NCBI GenBank assembly: GCA_944393245.1
Contig: CALXZM010000004.1
Span: forward strand, 66,942-130,941
Source: an uncultured Alphaproteobacteria bacterium
GTDB lineage: Bacteria > Pseudomonadota > Alphaproteobacteria > Rs-D84
DNA: 64,000 nt
Direction: 5' to 3'
Numbering within the stretch: position 1 is the first letter of the stretch; each line of letters starts with the position of its first letter. The position numbers and the translations under genes are program-made. Shown here piece by piece: positions 1 to 10,395 of the stretch. Below the pieces are notes generated by a model, which did no database searches, was not told the origin of the DNA, and was given only the letters and a program-made list of their open reading frames with translations.

Positions 1-222
1 CGGAATTTAAGTATACGGTATATTCACCCATTGTTTTTGGCTGATACGGTTGTGGTGGAAACGACTGTGACTAAATTGGGGGCGGCTTCGTTGTCTGTTG
101 AACAAAAATTCGTGAAAGATGGTGTGATTTGTGCTATACTGTCGGGGACGGCGGCGTATATAGGTGCAAACATGCAGCCAAAACGTATACCTGACAGTGT
201 CGCGGAACCGTTTAGGGAATAA
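1..222 (+). CDS. ybgC: YbgC-like acyl-CoA thioesterase, 5'-truncated by window edge
   Basis: Frame 1 is open from base 1 (RNLSIRYIHPLFLADTVVVETTV...), a hotdog-fold thioesterase pattern. It lies directly upstream of tolQ-tolR-tolA, the canonical ybgC position. Confidence 0.7.
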   Translation, partial: RNLSIRYIHPLFLADTVVVETTVTKLGAASLSVEQKFVKDGVICAILSGTAAYIGANMQPKRIPDSVAEPFRE

Positions 223-243
223 TTAAAAAATAAGGATTTAGTA

Positions 244-753
244 ATGACAAATGCTTTTTCTTTGACGACGTTGTTTACCGGTGATTGGATGACGTTGTTT
301 ATATCGTTGGTTTTAATATTGGGCAGTGTTATATCATGGGCGGTTATTATTGAAAAAATACGTCTGTGGCATTTTCAAAAAAAACATCCTGTTCAGATTA
401 AAAATGGTGATAATTTGGCCTTGATTGCGGACAAGTTGATTCGTCCATTTGATAAAAATTTATGGTTTTTATCCATGGTGTCGTATGTTGCGCCGTTTAT
501 TGGACTGTTCGGAACAATTTGGGGCGTAATGGATTCTTTTGCATCAATTGGTGTGAATCAATCGGTGTCAATTGGCGTTATTGCACCGGGATTGGCAACT
601 GCGTTGGGAACAACGGCGTTGGGATTGATTGCGGCGGTGCCGGCGGCGATTGCGTATCAATATTTCAGCAAAAAATCTGACAACTTGTATGATATTTTGA
701 CAGAACGTGTCAAAGAAATAAAGGCTGGAAAATTTAATAACAAGCATAAATAA
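244..753 (+). CDS. tolQ: TolQ/ExbB (MotA family) proton-channel subunit
   Basis: APFIGLFGTIWGVMDSF and APGLATALGTTALGLIAAVPA motifs. Confidence 0.9.
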   Translation: MTNAFSLTTLFTGDWMTLFISLVLILGSVISWAVIIEKIRLWHFQKKHPVQIKNGDNLALIADKLIRPFDKNLWFLSMVSYVAPFIGLFGTIWGVMDSFASIGVNQSVSIGVIAPGLATALGTTALGLIAAVPAAIAYQYFSKKSDNLYDILTERVKEIKAGKFNNKHK

Positions 754-765
754 GGGTCATATAAC

Positions 766-1170
766 ATGACACGCAGAAGAAACAGAAATACCGATGTCAA
801 TATTTCACTGACGCCGATGATTGATATTATGACGGTGTTGCTGGCGGTGTTTATGGTTACAACACCAATGTTGACAACCGGTATTGATTTAAATTTGCCA
901 CGTGCCGGAAATTCGGCATTGACGGGTAACGATCATGCAATACAAATCAGCGTTGATGCGGCGGGACGTTACTATGTTGGAAAAACAGAATTGTCCCGCG
1001 ATGATGCCGTGCGGCGTGTTGTGGCCATGCGTGGGGAAAATCCTGATTTGACAATTATGATAAGTGGTGATGCCGCCGCAGATTATGGCGCGGTTATGGC
1101 CATTATGGGTCAGTTAAAAGATGCGGGTTTCCAACGCGTTGGTTTGCGTACACAAATTGATAATAACTAA
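766..1170 (+). CDS. tolR: TolR/ExbD
   Basis: NISLTPMIDIMTVLLAVFMVTTPM TM motif; GDAAADYG..M..MGQLK.AGF.RVGL C-terminus. Confidence 0.92.
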   Translation: MTRRRNRNTDVNISLTPMIDIMTVLLAVFMVTTPMLTTGIDLNLPRAGNSALTGNDHAIQISVDAAGRYYVGKTELSRDDAVRRVVAMRGENPDLTIMISGDAAADYGAVMAIMGQLKDAGFQRVGLRTQIDNN

Positions 1171-1185
1171 GCCCGGGGCAAGGAT

Positions 1186-2004
1186 ATGAAGTTTGACACC
1201 CGTTTTTCATCAGAAAACTTTTTAATGTCTGTGTGCGGGCATTTGGCATTGTTTGCAATAATGGTAACGTCGTTTGCGGTTGTTGTAAATCGTGCGCAAT
1301 TGGTTGCCCCAGACAGAATTGAAATATTGGAAATAGATTTGGCAAATGTGCGTGTTACTGGTGATGAAACGGTTTTGCATAATGTAAATGCCGATATGGA
1401 ACCTGAACCAGATGTTGCGACAGAATCAGTGGATGTTGAACCCGCACCGTCTGTTGATGTGCCGGCGCAACCTGAAAATAATGACCCCCAACCCGTGGAA
1501 TCAGAACCAGAACAAATCATTGCGCCCAGTTTGGTTACTGAACAACAAAATGTTCAGGAATTGCCAGAACCCGTTGTAAAACCAGTTGAAAAAGAAAACA
1601 CTGATGACCAGGTGTCTGAAACAAAAGAAAAACCCAAAAAGAAAAAGACTGTTGTTCGTGTAAATCGTGAAGTTGTATCGTTGGACAGAACGCTGACTGT
1701 TTCAGTGGTTGATGCGTTGCGTGTCGCGATGACGCGGTGTTGGACGATTGATACATCGCGCGCGGATATTGGCGACATTCGTGCAGTGGCACATTTGACA
1801 ATGCGTCGTAATGGTACTGTGCGTGATGTATGGTTTGAATCCGCTGCGCGTGCTGAAACAGATCCAGCGTTTGCGTATGTTTTGGACACTATACGCAGTG
1901 CGATAAATGTATGCCAACCGTTTACAATGTTGCCAGAAAATGAATTTGATAAATGGGAAAAAATTCAGTTAACTTTTTACCCAACCCAGGGCAAGGTTAT
2001 GTAA
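1186..2004 (+). CDS. tolA: TolA/TonB-like energy transducer
   Basis: N-terminal TM with SxxxH motif (SVCGH), Pro/Glu-rich linker and TolA-like C-domain; follows tolQR. Confidence 0.7.
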   Translation: MKFDTRFSSENFLMSVCGHLALFAIMVTSFAVVVNRAQLVAPDRIEILEIDLANVRVTGDETVLHNVNADMEPEPDVATESVDVEPAPSVDVPAQPENNDPQPVESEPEQIIAPSLVTEQQNVQELPEPVVKPVEKENTDDQVSETKEKPKKKKTVVRVNREVVSLDRTLTVSVVDALRVAMTRCWTIDTSRADIGDIRAVAHLTMRRNGTVRDVWFESAARAETDPAFAYVLDTIRSAINVCQPFTMLPENEFDKWEKIQLTFYPTQGKVM

Positions 2005-2032
2005 AAAAATCCCGTAAATGACGGGATTTTTT
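2003..2032. terminator. Intrinsic (bidirectional-type) terminator after tolA
   Basis: aaaaaaatcccgt-aaatg-acgggatttttt hairpin with A and T tracts. Confidence 0.8.
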
Positions 2033-2229
2033 ATTGTTTTATGTTGGCAAAATATAGTGTATGGTATGGCATAATGCGTGTTAAAAATAATAATTATATC
2101 CCCCGACATTGGATGGTGCATGAATTATAAATCGGATAATTCGTAATAAAGATTGCGTGAAATTTTTATAATAAAAAATTTTTATTTTTGCGGTTGCCCA
2201 TGTGGGACTTTTTTTGCTATTGTCGTGGC

Positions 2230-5200
2230 ATGGAAAATCAATTTATTCATCTTCGTACGCATTCGCGGATTTCTATTGGTGCAGGAACGCTGAAAATCAA
2301 GCAAATTCCTGAATTATGTATTGCAAATAATATGTTTGCGTGCGCATTGACTGATACAAATATGATGTCTGGGTGTGCTGAATTTTCAGACGTCATGCCG
2401 AAAAACAAGGTTCAGCCAATAATAGGAACTGAAATCACATTGAATCAGCATAATGCTGACCCGAAAATATTGCGGCAAAGCGCGTTGTCGCGTATTGTTT
2501 TGTTGGCGCAAAATCATGAAGGGTATTTAAATTTGTGCGAATTAAGCCGTATTATGTATATGCGTACGGAAAATCACCATTTGGGGCCGTATATTACGTT
2601 TGATGAATTGGCGACGCACAGTTCTGGGTTGATTTGTCTGTCGGGGGCACATACTGGTCCGATTGGTATGGCGATTTTAAATGCACAAAATGGCCAGGCA
2701 CGCCAATATGCAGAACAACTGTATAATATTTTTGGCGACCGGTTTTATATGGAAATTCAGCGGCACGGTTTGGACGATGAAATAAAAACAGAACCTGAAT
2801 TTTTGAAAATCGCGTTGGAAATGAATATACCAATTGTCGCAACAAATGATGTTGAATTCGCCACGCCACATGATTACGAGGCCGAAGATGCATTAAGTTG
2901 CGTATTGGGCCAGACCAAGGTTATTGACCCCAATCGTCCGCGTAAATCATCTGAACAATATTTTAAGTCCGCTGATGAAATGGCTGAATTGTTTTCTGAT
3001 TTACCCGAAGCCATCGAAAACACGGTCATTATCGCCAATCGGTGTGGTTTTATGGTGAATGTGCATGAAAAACCATTGTTGCCACGTTTTGGTGATGATT
3101 TGGAACAAGAATGTCAAATGCTGCGCGACAATACCATGAACGGATTGGCTAAAAAATTGGCCCAGCATGGAATTACAGATACCAAACCATATTATGAACA
3201 GGCCGAATTTGAATTGGGCGTAATTATAAATATGGGGTTCCCTGGATATTTCTTAATCGTTGCAGATTATATTGATTGGTGTCGTCACAATGATATTTTA
3301 ACTGGGCCTGGGCGTGGTTCAGGGGCCGGGTCAATTGTTGCGTGGGCGTTGGGGATAACGCATGTTAATCCGTTGAAATATGGATTGCTGTTTGAACGAT
3401 TTTTGAATCCTGACCGTATTTCAATGCCTGATTTTGACGTGGATTTTGAACCGACGGGTATTGAACGCGTGTTGGCGTATATTTGTGATAAATATGGACA
3501 TGATTCCGTTTGTCGAATCATTACGTTCGGCAGTTTACAGGCGCGTGGTGCAATTCGTGATATTGGGCGCGTGTATGGAATACCTTATTCTAAATCTGAC
3601 CGATTGTCTAAACTGATACCCCAGGATGCAAAAACATTAAAAGATGCCGTAGATGCATCGCCTGAAATTCAAATGGTGTTACAGACCGATGAAGACATGA
3701 ACAAGGTTGTCACCATTGCCGAAGAATTAGAGGGGTCTTTGCGTAATTTGGGCCAGCATGCATGTGGTGTGGTTATTGGCGACCGGCCAACAACTAAAAT
3801 TGCGCCGGTATATCGTGATCCAGCAAATGCGTTGCCGTCATGTCAGTTTGATGGACATTATTTGGAATCGTCTGGGTTAATCAAATTTGACTTTTTGGGT
3901 TTGGAAACGTTGGCAATATTAAAATATGCCATAAAATTAATTCAGCAAACGCGCGGAATTAATATAGATTTGGATAAAATTCCAACAGATGATCCAAAAA
4001 CAATGAAATTATGGCAATCGGGTCTGACCGAAGGCATATTCCAATTCGATGCCCCGTTTGTTCAGCAGACGTTGCGTAAAATGCATCCGACCAGTTTTTT
4101 GGAAATATCGGCATTGAATGCATTGAACCGACCTGGGCCAATTGCTTTTATTCCACAATTTATCGCACGTATGCACGGCGAAGAAAAAATAGAATACGTT
4201 CATCCGCGGGCGGAACCTATTTTAAAGGAAACATATGGTATTATCGTATACCAGGAACAGGTTATGCAATTGACGCGTGTATTGGCCGGGTTTACACGTG
4301 GCCAATCGGACAACGTGCGCAAGGCAATGGGTAAAAAAATTGCCAAGATGTTGGATGAACTGGAAGGAAAATTTTATGACGGATGCGAAAAAGAACAAAC
4401 ACTGAACCGGGACCAGGCCAAAGCATTGTGGGAACAATTTAAGGAATTTGCAAAATATGCATTTAATAAATCGCATGCGGTGGCTTATTCGATTGTTGCA
4501 AACCAGTGCGCGTATTTAAAGGCGAATTATACACCTGAATTTTTGGCTGCGTCCATGTCCAGTAACCTGAATGATACGGACCAGTTGGCGTTGTTTGTTG
4601 ACGATGCAAAGTCGAATTTTGGAATTCAAATTGTTGCGCCTGATATTAATGAAAGCGAATCGTTGTTTACTGTGCGGGGTGGCAAAATTATTTATGCACT
4701 GGCCGCAATAAAGGGTGTGGGGACCGTCGCAACGGATGCGATTGTTGCGGAACGTAATGCAAATGGAAAATTTAAAAACCTGACCGATTTTGCAAAGCGG
4801 TGTGCAACGATTATGAACAAACGTATATTAGAAGCATTTGCCAAGGTCGGTGTTCTGGATTCTTTGGAACCAAATCGTGCGGCAATATTTATGAATGCTG
4901 ATGCGATTTTATCGTATGCGTCTAAATCACGTGATGGTGCGAATTCTTTATCACTGTTTGCAAATACGGTTGAAGATGATGTCGCCGAAGACAGATTGAA
5001 AAAGAATTTGCCAAACACACCGGCATGGACATTCGCGCAACGTTTGGAAAATGAATTGTCTGCGTTGGGTTTTTATATTTCGGCCCATCCGTTGGATCAG
5101 TATAAACATTTAATCAGCCGGGCTAAATTGGCCACCAGTGCGACGTTGGCGGAACTGGGTGACAGAAAACCGGTACATATTGCCGCAACTGTCAGTTCTT

Positions 5201-5640
5201 TTTCACGTCGTCGGACCAAGGCCGGTAAAGATATGATTACAATTAACGCGTCCGACAGTTTTGGTAATATAGATGCGGTGGCGTTCGGACAATCTGCTGC
5301 TGAATTTGCCCAGATTTTAAGCACGGAAACACTGGTATTAATTTCGGGAAAAACGTCGTGTCGTGATGACAGGGTATCGGTGTTTGTGGATTCTATTATG
5401 CCGTTGACGCAATGGGTGGCACAAATAGCAAAAAAAATAACCCTGGATATTTATGATGGTGGCGTATTATCCGATGTGAAAAAGGCTTTACAGGCATTGC
5501 GTGCGGGGACAACGCGGGTGGTGTTAAATTTGCATGCTGGGGATAAAGTTGCGGCGATGGCTTTGCCTGGTGGGGTTGAATTGGGGGCGACAACCGCAAA
5601 TGACTTTGTTAATCTGGGGATAAGGGTTGAAATAGAATAA
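2230..5640 (+). CDS. dnaE: DNA polymerase III alpha subunit
   Basis: PHP domain (FIHLRTHS), GPGRGSGAGS, RISMPDFDVDF, FNKSHAVAY and OB fold. ATG 2230 preferred over the track start at 2188. Confidence 0.98.
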   Translation: MENQFIHLRTHSRISIGAGTLKIKQIPELCIANNMFACALTDTNMMSGCAEFSDVMPKNKVQPIIGTEITLNQHNADPKILRQSALSRIVLLAQNHEGYLNLCELSRIMYMRTENHHLGPYITFDELATHSSGLICLSGAHTGPIGMAILNAQNGQARQYAEQLYNIFGDRFYMEIQRHGLDDEIKTEPEFLKIALEMNIPIVATNDVEFATPHDYEAEDALSCVLGQTKVIDPNRPRKSSEQYFKSADEMAELFSDLPEAIENTVIIANRCGFMVNVHEKPLLPRFGDDLEQECQMLRDNTMNGLAKKLAQHGITDTKPYYEQAEFELGVIINMGFPGYFLIVADYIDWCRHNDILTGPGRGSGAGSIVAWALGITHVNPLKYGLLFERFLNPDRISMPDFDVDFEPTGIERVLAYICDKYGHDSVCRIITFGSLQARGAIRDIGRVYGIPYSKSDRLSKLIPQDAKTLKDAVDASPEIQMVLQTDEDMNKVVTIAEELEGSLRNLGQHACGVVIGDRPTTKIAPVYRDPANALPSCQFDGHYLESSGLIKFDFLGLETLAILKYAIKLIQQTRGINIDLDKIPTDDPKTMKLWQSGLTEGIFQFDAPFVQQTLRKMHPTSFLEISALNALNRPGPIAFIPQFIARMHGEEKIEYVHPRAEPILKETYGIIVYQEQVMQLTRVLAGFTRGQSDNVRKAMGKKIAKMLDELEGKFYDGCEKEQTLNRDQAKALWEQFKEFAKYAFNKSHAVAYSIVANQCAYLKANYTPEFLAASMSSNLNDTDQLALFVDDAKSNFGIQIVAPDINESESLFTVRGGKIIYALAAIKGVGTVATDAIVAERNANGKFKNLTDFAKRCATIMNKRILEAFAKVGVLDSLEPNRAAIFMNADAILSYASKSRDGANSLSLFANTVEDDVAEDRLKKNLPNTPAWTFAQRLENELSALGFYISAHPLDQYKHLISRAKLATSATLAELGDRKPVHIAATVSSFSRRRTKAGKDMITINASDSFGNIDAVAFGQSAAEFAQILSTETLVLISGKTSCRDDRVSVFVDSIMPLTQWVAQIAKKITLDIYDGGVLSDVKKALQALRAGTTRVVLNLHAGDKVAAMALPGGVELGATTANDFVNLGIRVEIE

Positions 5641-6485
5641 TGAAACATATACCAGTATTATTAAACGCTGTGATGGATGCATTGGGGGATATTGCGGGGC
5701 GTAATATTATTGACGCAACGTTTGGGGCCGGTGGGTATTCACGTGCTTTTTTGAATGCGGGGGCGCGCGTAACCGCGTTTGACCGTGATCCAAATGTTGT
5801 GGCGGACGCGGAACAAATGGGGGCGGAATTCCCAGGCCGGTTTGCTTTTATACCCCGCCCTTTTTCGCATATTGCTGATTTGTCTGAAACGTATGATGCA
5901 ATTGTGTTTGATTTGGGTATTTCGTCTATGCAGATTGATGTTGCCGCGCGCGGGTTTTCTTTTCGTGGTGATGGGCCGTTGGATATGCGTATGTCTGGGG
6001 CGGGCCAAAGTGCGGCTGATTTAATTCAAAATGTGTCTGTGGACGAATTAGCAAAAATTTTGCGTGATTTCGGTGATGTGAAAAAAAGTACTGTTTTGGC
6101 CAGGGTAATTAAGGATGCTGCCCCAAAAACTACATTTGAATTAAAGAATTTAATTCATAATCCGCATGATGTGGCCCCGGTGTTTCAGGCCCTGCGCATT
6201 GCGGTAAATGATGAAATGGGTGAATTAATGCGCGCATTGGATGCGGTGCCGGCACGTTTGAATGTTGGCGGGAAATGCGTTTGTGTGACTTTCCATTCAA
6301 TAGAAGATCGCATTGTAAAAAATATTTTCCGTACATGGACAACGCCCGCCGGCGACCCGCGTTTGCCAACCGTTGCGTCTGCGCAATTTATGCCGATGCG
6401 CGCGGTTACGCCAGATGTGGCGGAACTGAATAATAATCCACGTGCCCGCAGTGCGCACATGCGTGGCGTGATAAAATCATATTGA
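5640..6485 (+). CDS. rsmH: 16S rRNA m4C1402 methyltransferase
   Basis: HIPVLL, DATFGAGGYS, DLGISSMQID, GPLDMRM, FQALRIAVNDE and NPRARSA motifs. Confidence 0.97.
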   Translation: MKHIPVLLNAVMDALGDIAGRNIIDATFGAGGYSRAFLNAGARVTAFDRDPNVVADAEQMGAEFPGRFAFIPRPFSHIADLSETYDAIVFDLGISSMQIDVAARGFSFRGDGPLDMRMSGAGQSAADLIQNVSVDELAKILRDFGDVKKSTVLARVIKDAAPKTTFELKNLIHNPHDVAPVFQALRIAVNDEMGELMRALDAVPARLNVGGKCVCVTFHSIEDRIVKNIFRTWTTPAGDPRLPTVASAQFMPMRAVTPDVAELNNNPRARSAHMRGVIKSY

Positions 6486-6545
6486 CCGAATAATAAGAAT
6501 TTTTGTACGATGTTAAAAACTGAATTAATTAACAGGGGAAAAATT

Positions 6546-7055
6546 ATGAAAAGAATGGTTTCACAAATACTTTTTGCTGCGTTGGCTGTTGTTATGTTAA
6601 TGCCGGCTGCAATGGCGGTATGTCCGGTTTGCACGGTTGCAGTTGGTGCCGGACTGGAAGGCATGCGTTTATTGGGGGTCGATGATGTAATTACTGGAAT
6701 TTGGGCCGGTGGTTTGACTTTGTCGCTGTTTTTCTGGACGGCTGGTTGGTTAAAAAAGCATAATGTGAAAAGTGTTTTTTGGCAGATTGTTGTTCCGTTT
6801 GTTGTGTATTATGGGCTGTTGGCGGCGGTTTATGCACTGCCCAGTATGGAATTTGGGGCGGCGACGCTGTGGGGAATTGACAAGTTCCTGTTGGGTGTAA
6901 TTGTTGGTACGATTGCGTTCTATCTGGGGGCGCGTTGGTATGTAAAGATAAAGCGCGATAATGGTGGGCATGCAAAATTCGCATTTCAAAAGGTTGTGGT
7001 GCCATTATCTTTTTTAATTGTGGCGACAATAATATTCTGGTTTATCACGATGTAG
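6546..7055 (+). CDS. Uncharacterised multi-TM membrane protein with N-terminal CPVC motif
   Basis: Signal-like N-terminus, AVCPVCTVAVGAG, then about four hydrophobic helices. RBS aggggaaaa before ATG 6546. Confidence 0.85.
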   Translation: MKRMVSQILFAALAVVMLMPAAMAVCPVCTVAVGAGLEGMRLLGVDDVITGIWAGGLTLSLFFWTAGWLKKHNVKSVFWQIVVPFVVYYGLLAAVYALPSMEFGAATLWGIDKFLLGVIVGTIAFYLGARWYVKIKRDNGGHAKFAFQKVVVPLSFLIVATIIFWFITM

Positions 7056-7085
7056 AAATAAATTTTATATAAAGGAAGGAAAATT

Positions 7086-7730
7086 ATGGCAAAAAAATCG
7101 GAAAAAAATACACAGACTGCGAATTCAGGAAAGAAAACGCGCGCGCCCAAAATGACGCTGGAAGAAATGGTCGCAAAAGTTGACGCGTCAAAGAAAGTTA
7201 ACCCGTTGGATTTGTCGTCTGACCAGGATTTATCCATCGCGTTAATGAATCTGATTTCGCTGGAAGAACACTTTTTCTTTAGTGGTGCAAAAACACAAAA
7301 AACAGGCTTTTATGATTTAATAAATACCGTGCGGGACATGCGCAAAGAATTAATGGCGCGTATCGTAAAAAAATCAACGTCTGAAAATGGCGAAGTTTGG
7401 TGCATATCAAAGCATTTGTTGGCGGCATCCATGCGTATTATGGAGGTCGGAACCAAGGCTTTGTCCGCCGGTAATACCCAGGACGCATATAATTTATTTA
7501 ATAAATCGTATGAATTGTATTCACTGTTTTGGGGAATAAATATGGATTTAATTGATTTGACTGGCGTAAAGCAAGTCGCCCCAGAAGTATATGCAAAATG
7601 TGTCGTTGATAATGAAAAAAAATCTGTGAACGCATCAGCAAATAACACACCAACGGTTGCTGAATCTAAATCAGCCGTTCGTCGTTTGGGTGATTGGGTA
7701 AAAAATGCAGTAAATTGTTGCATAGAGTAA
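7086..7730 (+). CDS. Uncharacterised helical protein (DLSSDQDLSIALMNLISLEEH...WCISKHLL..., C-terminal NCCIE)
   Basis: Strong RBS aaggaagg, 214-aa ORF co-oriented with the CPVC membrane gene. Confidence 0.85.
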   Translation: MAKKSEKNTQTANSGKKTRAPKMTLEEMVAKVDASKKVNPLDLSSDQDLSIALMNLISLEEHFFFSGAKTQKTGFYDLINTVRDMRKELMARIVKKSTSENGEVWCISKHLLAASMRIMEVGTKALSAGNTQDAYNLFNKSYELYSLFWGINMDLIDLTGVKQVAPEVYAKCVVDNEKKSVNASANNTPTVAESKSAVRRLGDWVKNAVNCCIE

Positions 7731-7789
7731 ATTGATTGTTGATTAACATCGGCAAAAAATGATAAAATGTAAACAGAGAGATGTAAAAT

Positions 7790-10390
7790 TTGAAAACATG
7801 CTTTGTTGATTTTTGCAAAATACCATTTGTTTTTGCGGCGGTATTGGCCACGTTTACCGCGGTTGCAGACCAGGCCCCTAACCCACGGGCCACGTCGTCA
7901 AATGTTATGAATTCGTCGGCTGTGACGGCGGGGGCAACATCACGCGGAAACAGTGATCGTGTTGTCAATGTTAATTCCAACAAATCTGAATCTGGTGCGA
8001 CAACCAGTGGCCGTTCGTCGGCAACCGTTACCCGCAGTGCGACAACCGCCACACGGCCCAGTACGACAATATCGCGCGCCGCGGTTAATCAGCCGTCAAA
8101 AACAACGGTTGTTACGGGACGCAGTGGAACGGTGCGCCAAATGGCATCCGCGCCAACGGTAACATCATCTGCGCGCAGTGCAACAACATCACGTGCGGCG
8201 GCGTCAAATGTTGTGCGTGGTGCAACGCATAATCCGGCCAGTACGGCGCGCGCGGCATCAAATAATTCTGTGGTGGGGGCGTCGCGTGCGGCGACTGCAC
8301 GTGCAACGGCGGTATTTACAGATATTGATGCGATTGGTGGTGGATATGCCGAATGTCGCCAGGCGTACGCCACATGCATGGATCAATTTTGCGCCAACGC
8401 AAATGACACATATCGCAGATGTGTTTGCAGCGCACGATATAATGAATTCCGTAATACTGAAAATGCAATTAGTGAAGCGTTGGATTTGTTGGCGCAATTT
8501 CAGGATAATAATTTGACTGCGGTTGGTTTGTCCGCCGAAGAAGTTAATGCCATGTACACCGCGACCGAGGGCGAAAATGCGATTAAGCGTGATACCAGTG
8601 CCGCGGGCGAAATGTTGGCGGAAATTGATGATTTGTTATCTGGGAATGTATCGTCTTCGTCGGGCAATACAAATAATTCATTGGGATTATTGACGGTTGA
8701 TTTTACATCTGATTTGGGGGATATTTGGGGCGATGGTGGTAATTCTATATTTGATTCATCGACCGGGGTTGATTTGTCCACTTTGACCGGTGAAGAATTA
8801 TATTCCGAAGCCAGCAAACAATGTATGCAATTAATTGCTGATTCGTGTGAAAACAATGCGGTGTTAACCATGGCGCGCAGTGCGTACAGTATCATGATTA
8901 CCCAGGATTGTAATATTTATGAACGCAATATTAATTCACAAAAAGAAAGTTTGGAACAAACGGTACGTACGGCGGAAAAATACCTGCGCGAAGCCCGCCT
9001 GGAAGAATATCAATCACATAATTCAGCCGATGTTAACGAATGTTTGGAAAGTGTTCGCAGTGCAATGTTGGCCGATGTGGCGTGTGGGGCAAATTATGTT
9101 CGGTGCTTGGACCCGACCGGGGCGTATATAAACGCGACGACAGGTGATCCAATTTATTCGCCACGTTTATTCCAGTTGGCAAATACAATAACCCTGCCTG
9201 GTGTTACAGATAGCGGATTTGAAGATAATATACTTAGTTCTAATTCCGGGTATGATAATTTCCTGGAATCAAAAAAGATGTTCGCTGAAACCGCATTGGA
9301 TTCATGTCGTGATATATCGGATATTGTGTGGAATGAATTCAAGCGTCAGGCAATTATTGAAATTGCCCAGGCCCAGGATGAAAAAATAGAAGAAGTAAAA
9401 ATGTCGTGTGTCAGCACAATGGCAGAATGTTATGATACACAAATGGGGGCTTTGCGCGATTTTGATACAACAACCGCACAGTACAGCGGGGCATTAAGTG
9501 CGGCGGCCGCACGTTCAATGTGCCAGGACCAGGTTATTGCATGTGCGTCATTGTATGGAAACACTGACGGCTGTGATTTTGACGGCAACGGCAGATTAGT
9601 TGCTGGCAGCGGTAATAACAGTAGCAGTTTAACCGGTGAAGCCGCCAATGATCGTTGTGGATTAACGGCGTTGTTACAGTTTGTTGATTCTGTGGATACC
9701 ACACGTATTAACGAGGGGTGTGAAACCGCACTGCAAAATTACGCCACCGAATTGTGCACGCCGTCAAACAGTGAAAATGTGTATCCATACGGATGTATTG
9801 GGTTATCCAGGAATGATTTGGAACAAACTTTGAATGCGTTTGCAAACAGAAACTGTGCGGCGGGTGGAAATCGTTTGACCATGGATATTGATGGGTTGGT
9901 TGACAATATGATAAGTGATATTGATGATGCATTATTGGGCAGTTTGTCTGAACAGTGTGAAGAAATGGGTGGTTATTGGATTTATGAAAATGATGAAACA
10001 TATGGTGCACTGGGGTCAAATGCAACGCCGTTTACAGAATTTTATACCAGTGTATTTGGTATACGTTTGACCAATTTTAACGAGGCCACATCCGCCGGTG
10101 ATGGTGCCAGATATGGGTTGTCATACGGTCAATGCGCAGAAAACACAATTCAGGTACGTTGTTTGGATTACAATAATTTGTATGGTGCGAATGTTGCAAC
10201 ATATAATGAATCACGTAATGAATGTGTATTGAACGAAGAATGGTATGCACAACAGTGTGAAAGTGCGTTGGACGGATATTATGAAAATGGTACATGTTAT
10301 GCGCTTTCCGCTGATACAATTTCGTATTCAGTTGATACAATTTCGCATTCAGTAAATGGGATGTCGCGCAAGGACTTTGAAAATCAATAA
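7790..10390 (+). CDS. Large secreted Cys-rich protein (866 aa) with S/T/A/R-rich N-terminal stalk
   Basis: Signal peptide, RATSS/RSA/RAA low-complexity region, then many Cys in helical C-x6-C-type motifs. Confidence 0.88.
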   Translation: MKTCFVDFCKIPFVFAAVLATFTAVADQAPNPRATSSNVMNSSAVTAGATSRGNSDRVVNVNSNKSESGATTSGRSSATVTRSATTATRPSTTISRAAVNQPSKTTVVTGRSGTVRQMASAPTVTSSARSATTSRAAASNVVRGATHNPASTARAASNNSVVGASRAATARATAVFTDIDAIGGGYAECRQAYATCMDQFCANANDTYRRCVCSARYNEFRNTENAISEALDLLAQFQDNNLTAVGLSAEEVNAMYTATEGENAIKRDTSAAGEMLAEIDDLLSGNVSSSSGNTNNSLGLLTVDFTSDLGDIWGDGGNSIFDSSTGVDLSTLTGEELYSEASKQCMQLIADSCENNAVLTMARSAYSIMITQDCNIYERNINSQKESLEQTVRTAEKYLREARLEEYQSHNSADVNECLESVRSAMLADVACGANYVRCLDPTGAYINATTGDPIYSPRLFQLANTITLPGVTDSGFEDNILSSNSGYDNFLESKKMFAETALDSCRDISDIVWNEFKRQAIIEIAQAQDEKIEEVKMSCVSTMAECYDTQMGALRDFDTTTAQYSGALSAAAARSMCQDQVIACASLYGNTDGCDFDGNGRLVAGSGNNSSSLTGEAANDRCGLTALLQFVDSVDTTRINEGCETALQNYATELCTPSNSENVYPYGCIGLSRNDLEQTLNAFANRNCAAGGNRLTMDIDGLVDNMISDIDDALLGSLSEQCEEMGGYWIYENDETYGALGSNATPFTEFYTSVFGIRLTNFNEATSAGDGARYGLSYGQCAENTIQVRCLDYNNLYGANVATYNESRNECVLNEEWYAQQCESALDGYYENGTCYALSADTISYSVDTISHSVNGMSRKDFENQ

Positions 10391-10395
10391 AATAA

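Noticed and set aside
2074-2130. 18-codon ORF MRVKNNNYIPRHWMVHEL upstream of dnaE, and a ccccgacattg 11-mer shared with 53784
   Set aside because: No RBS, attenuator structure or second supporting feature; the short match can be chance.
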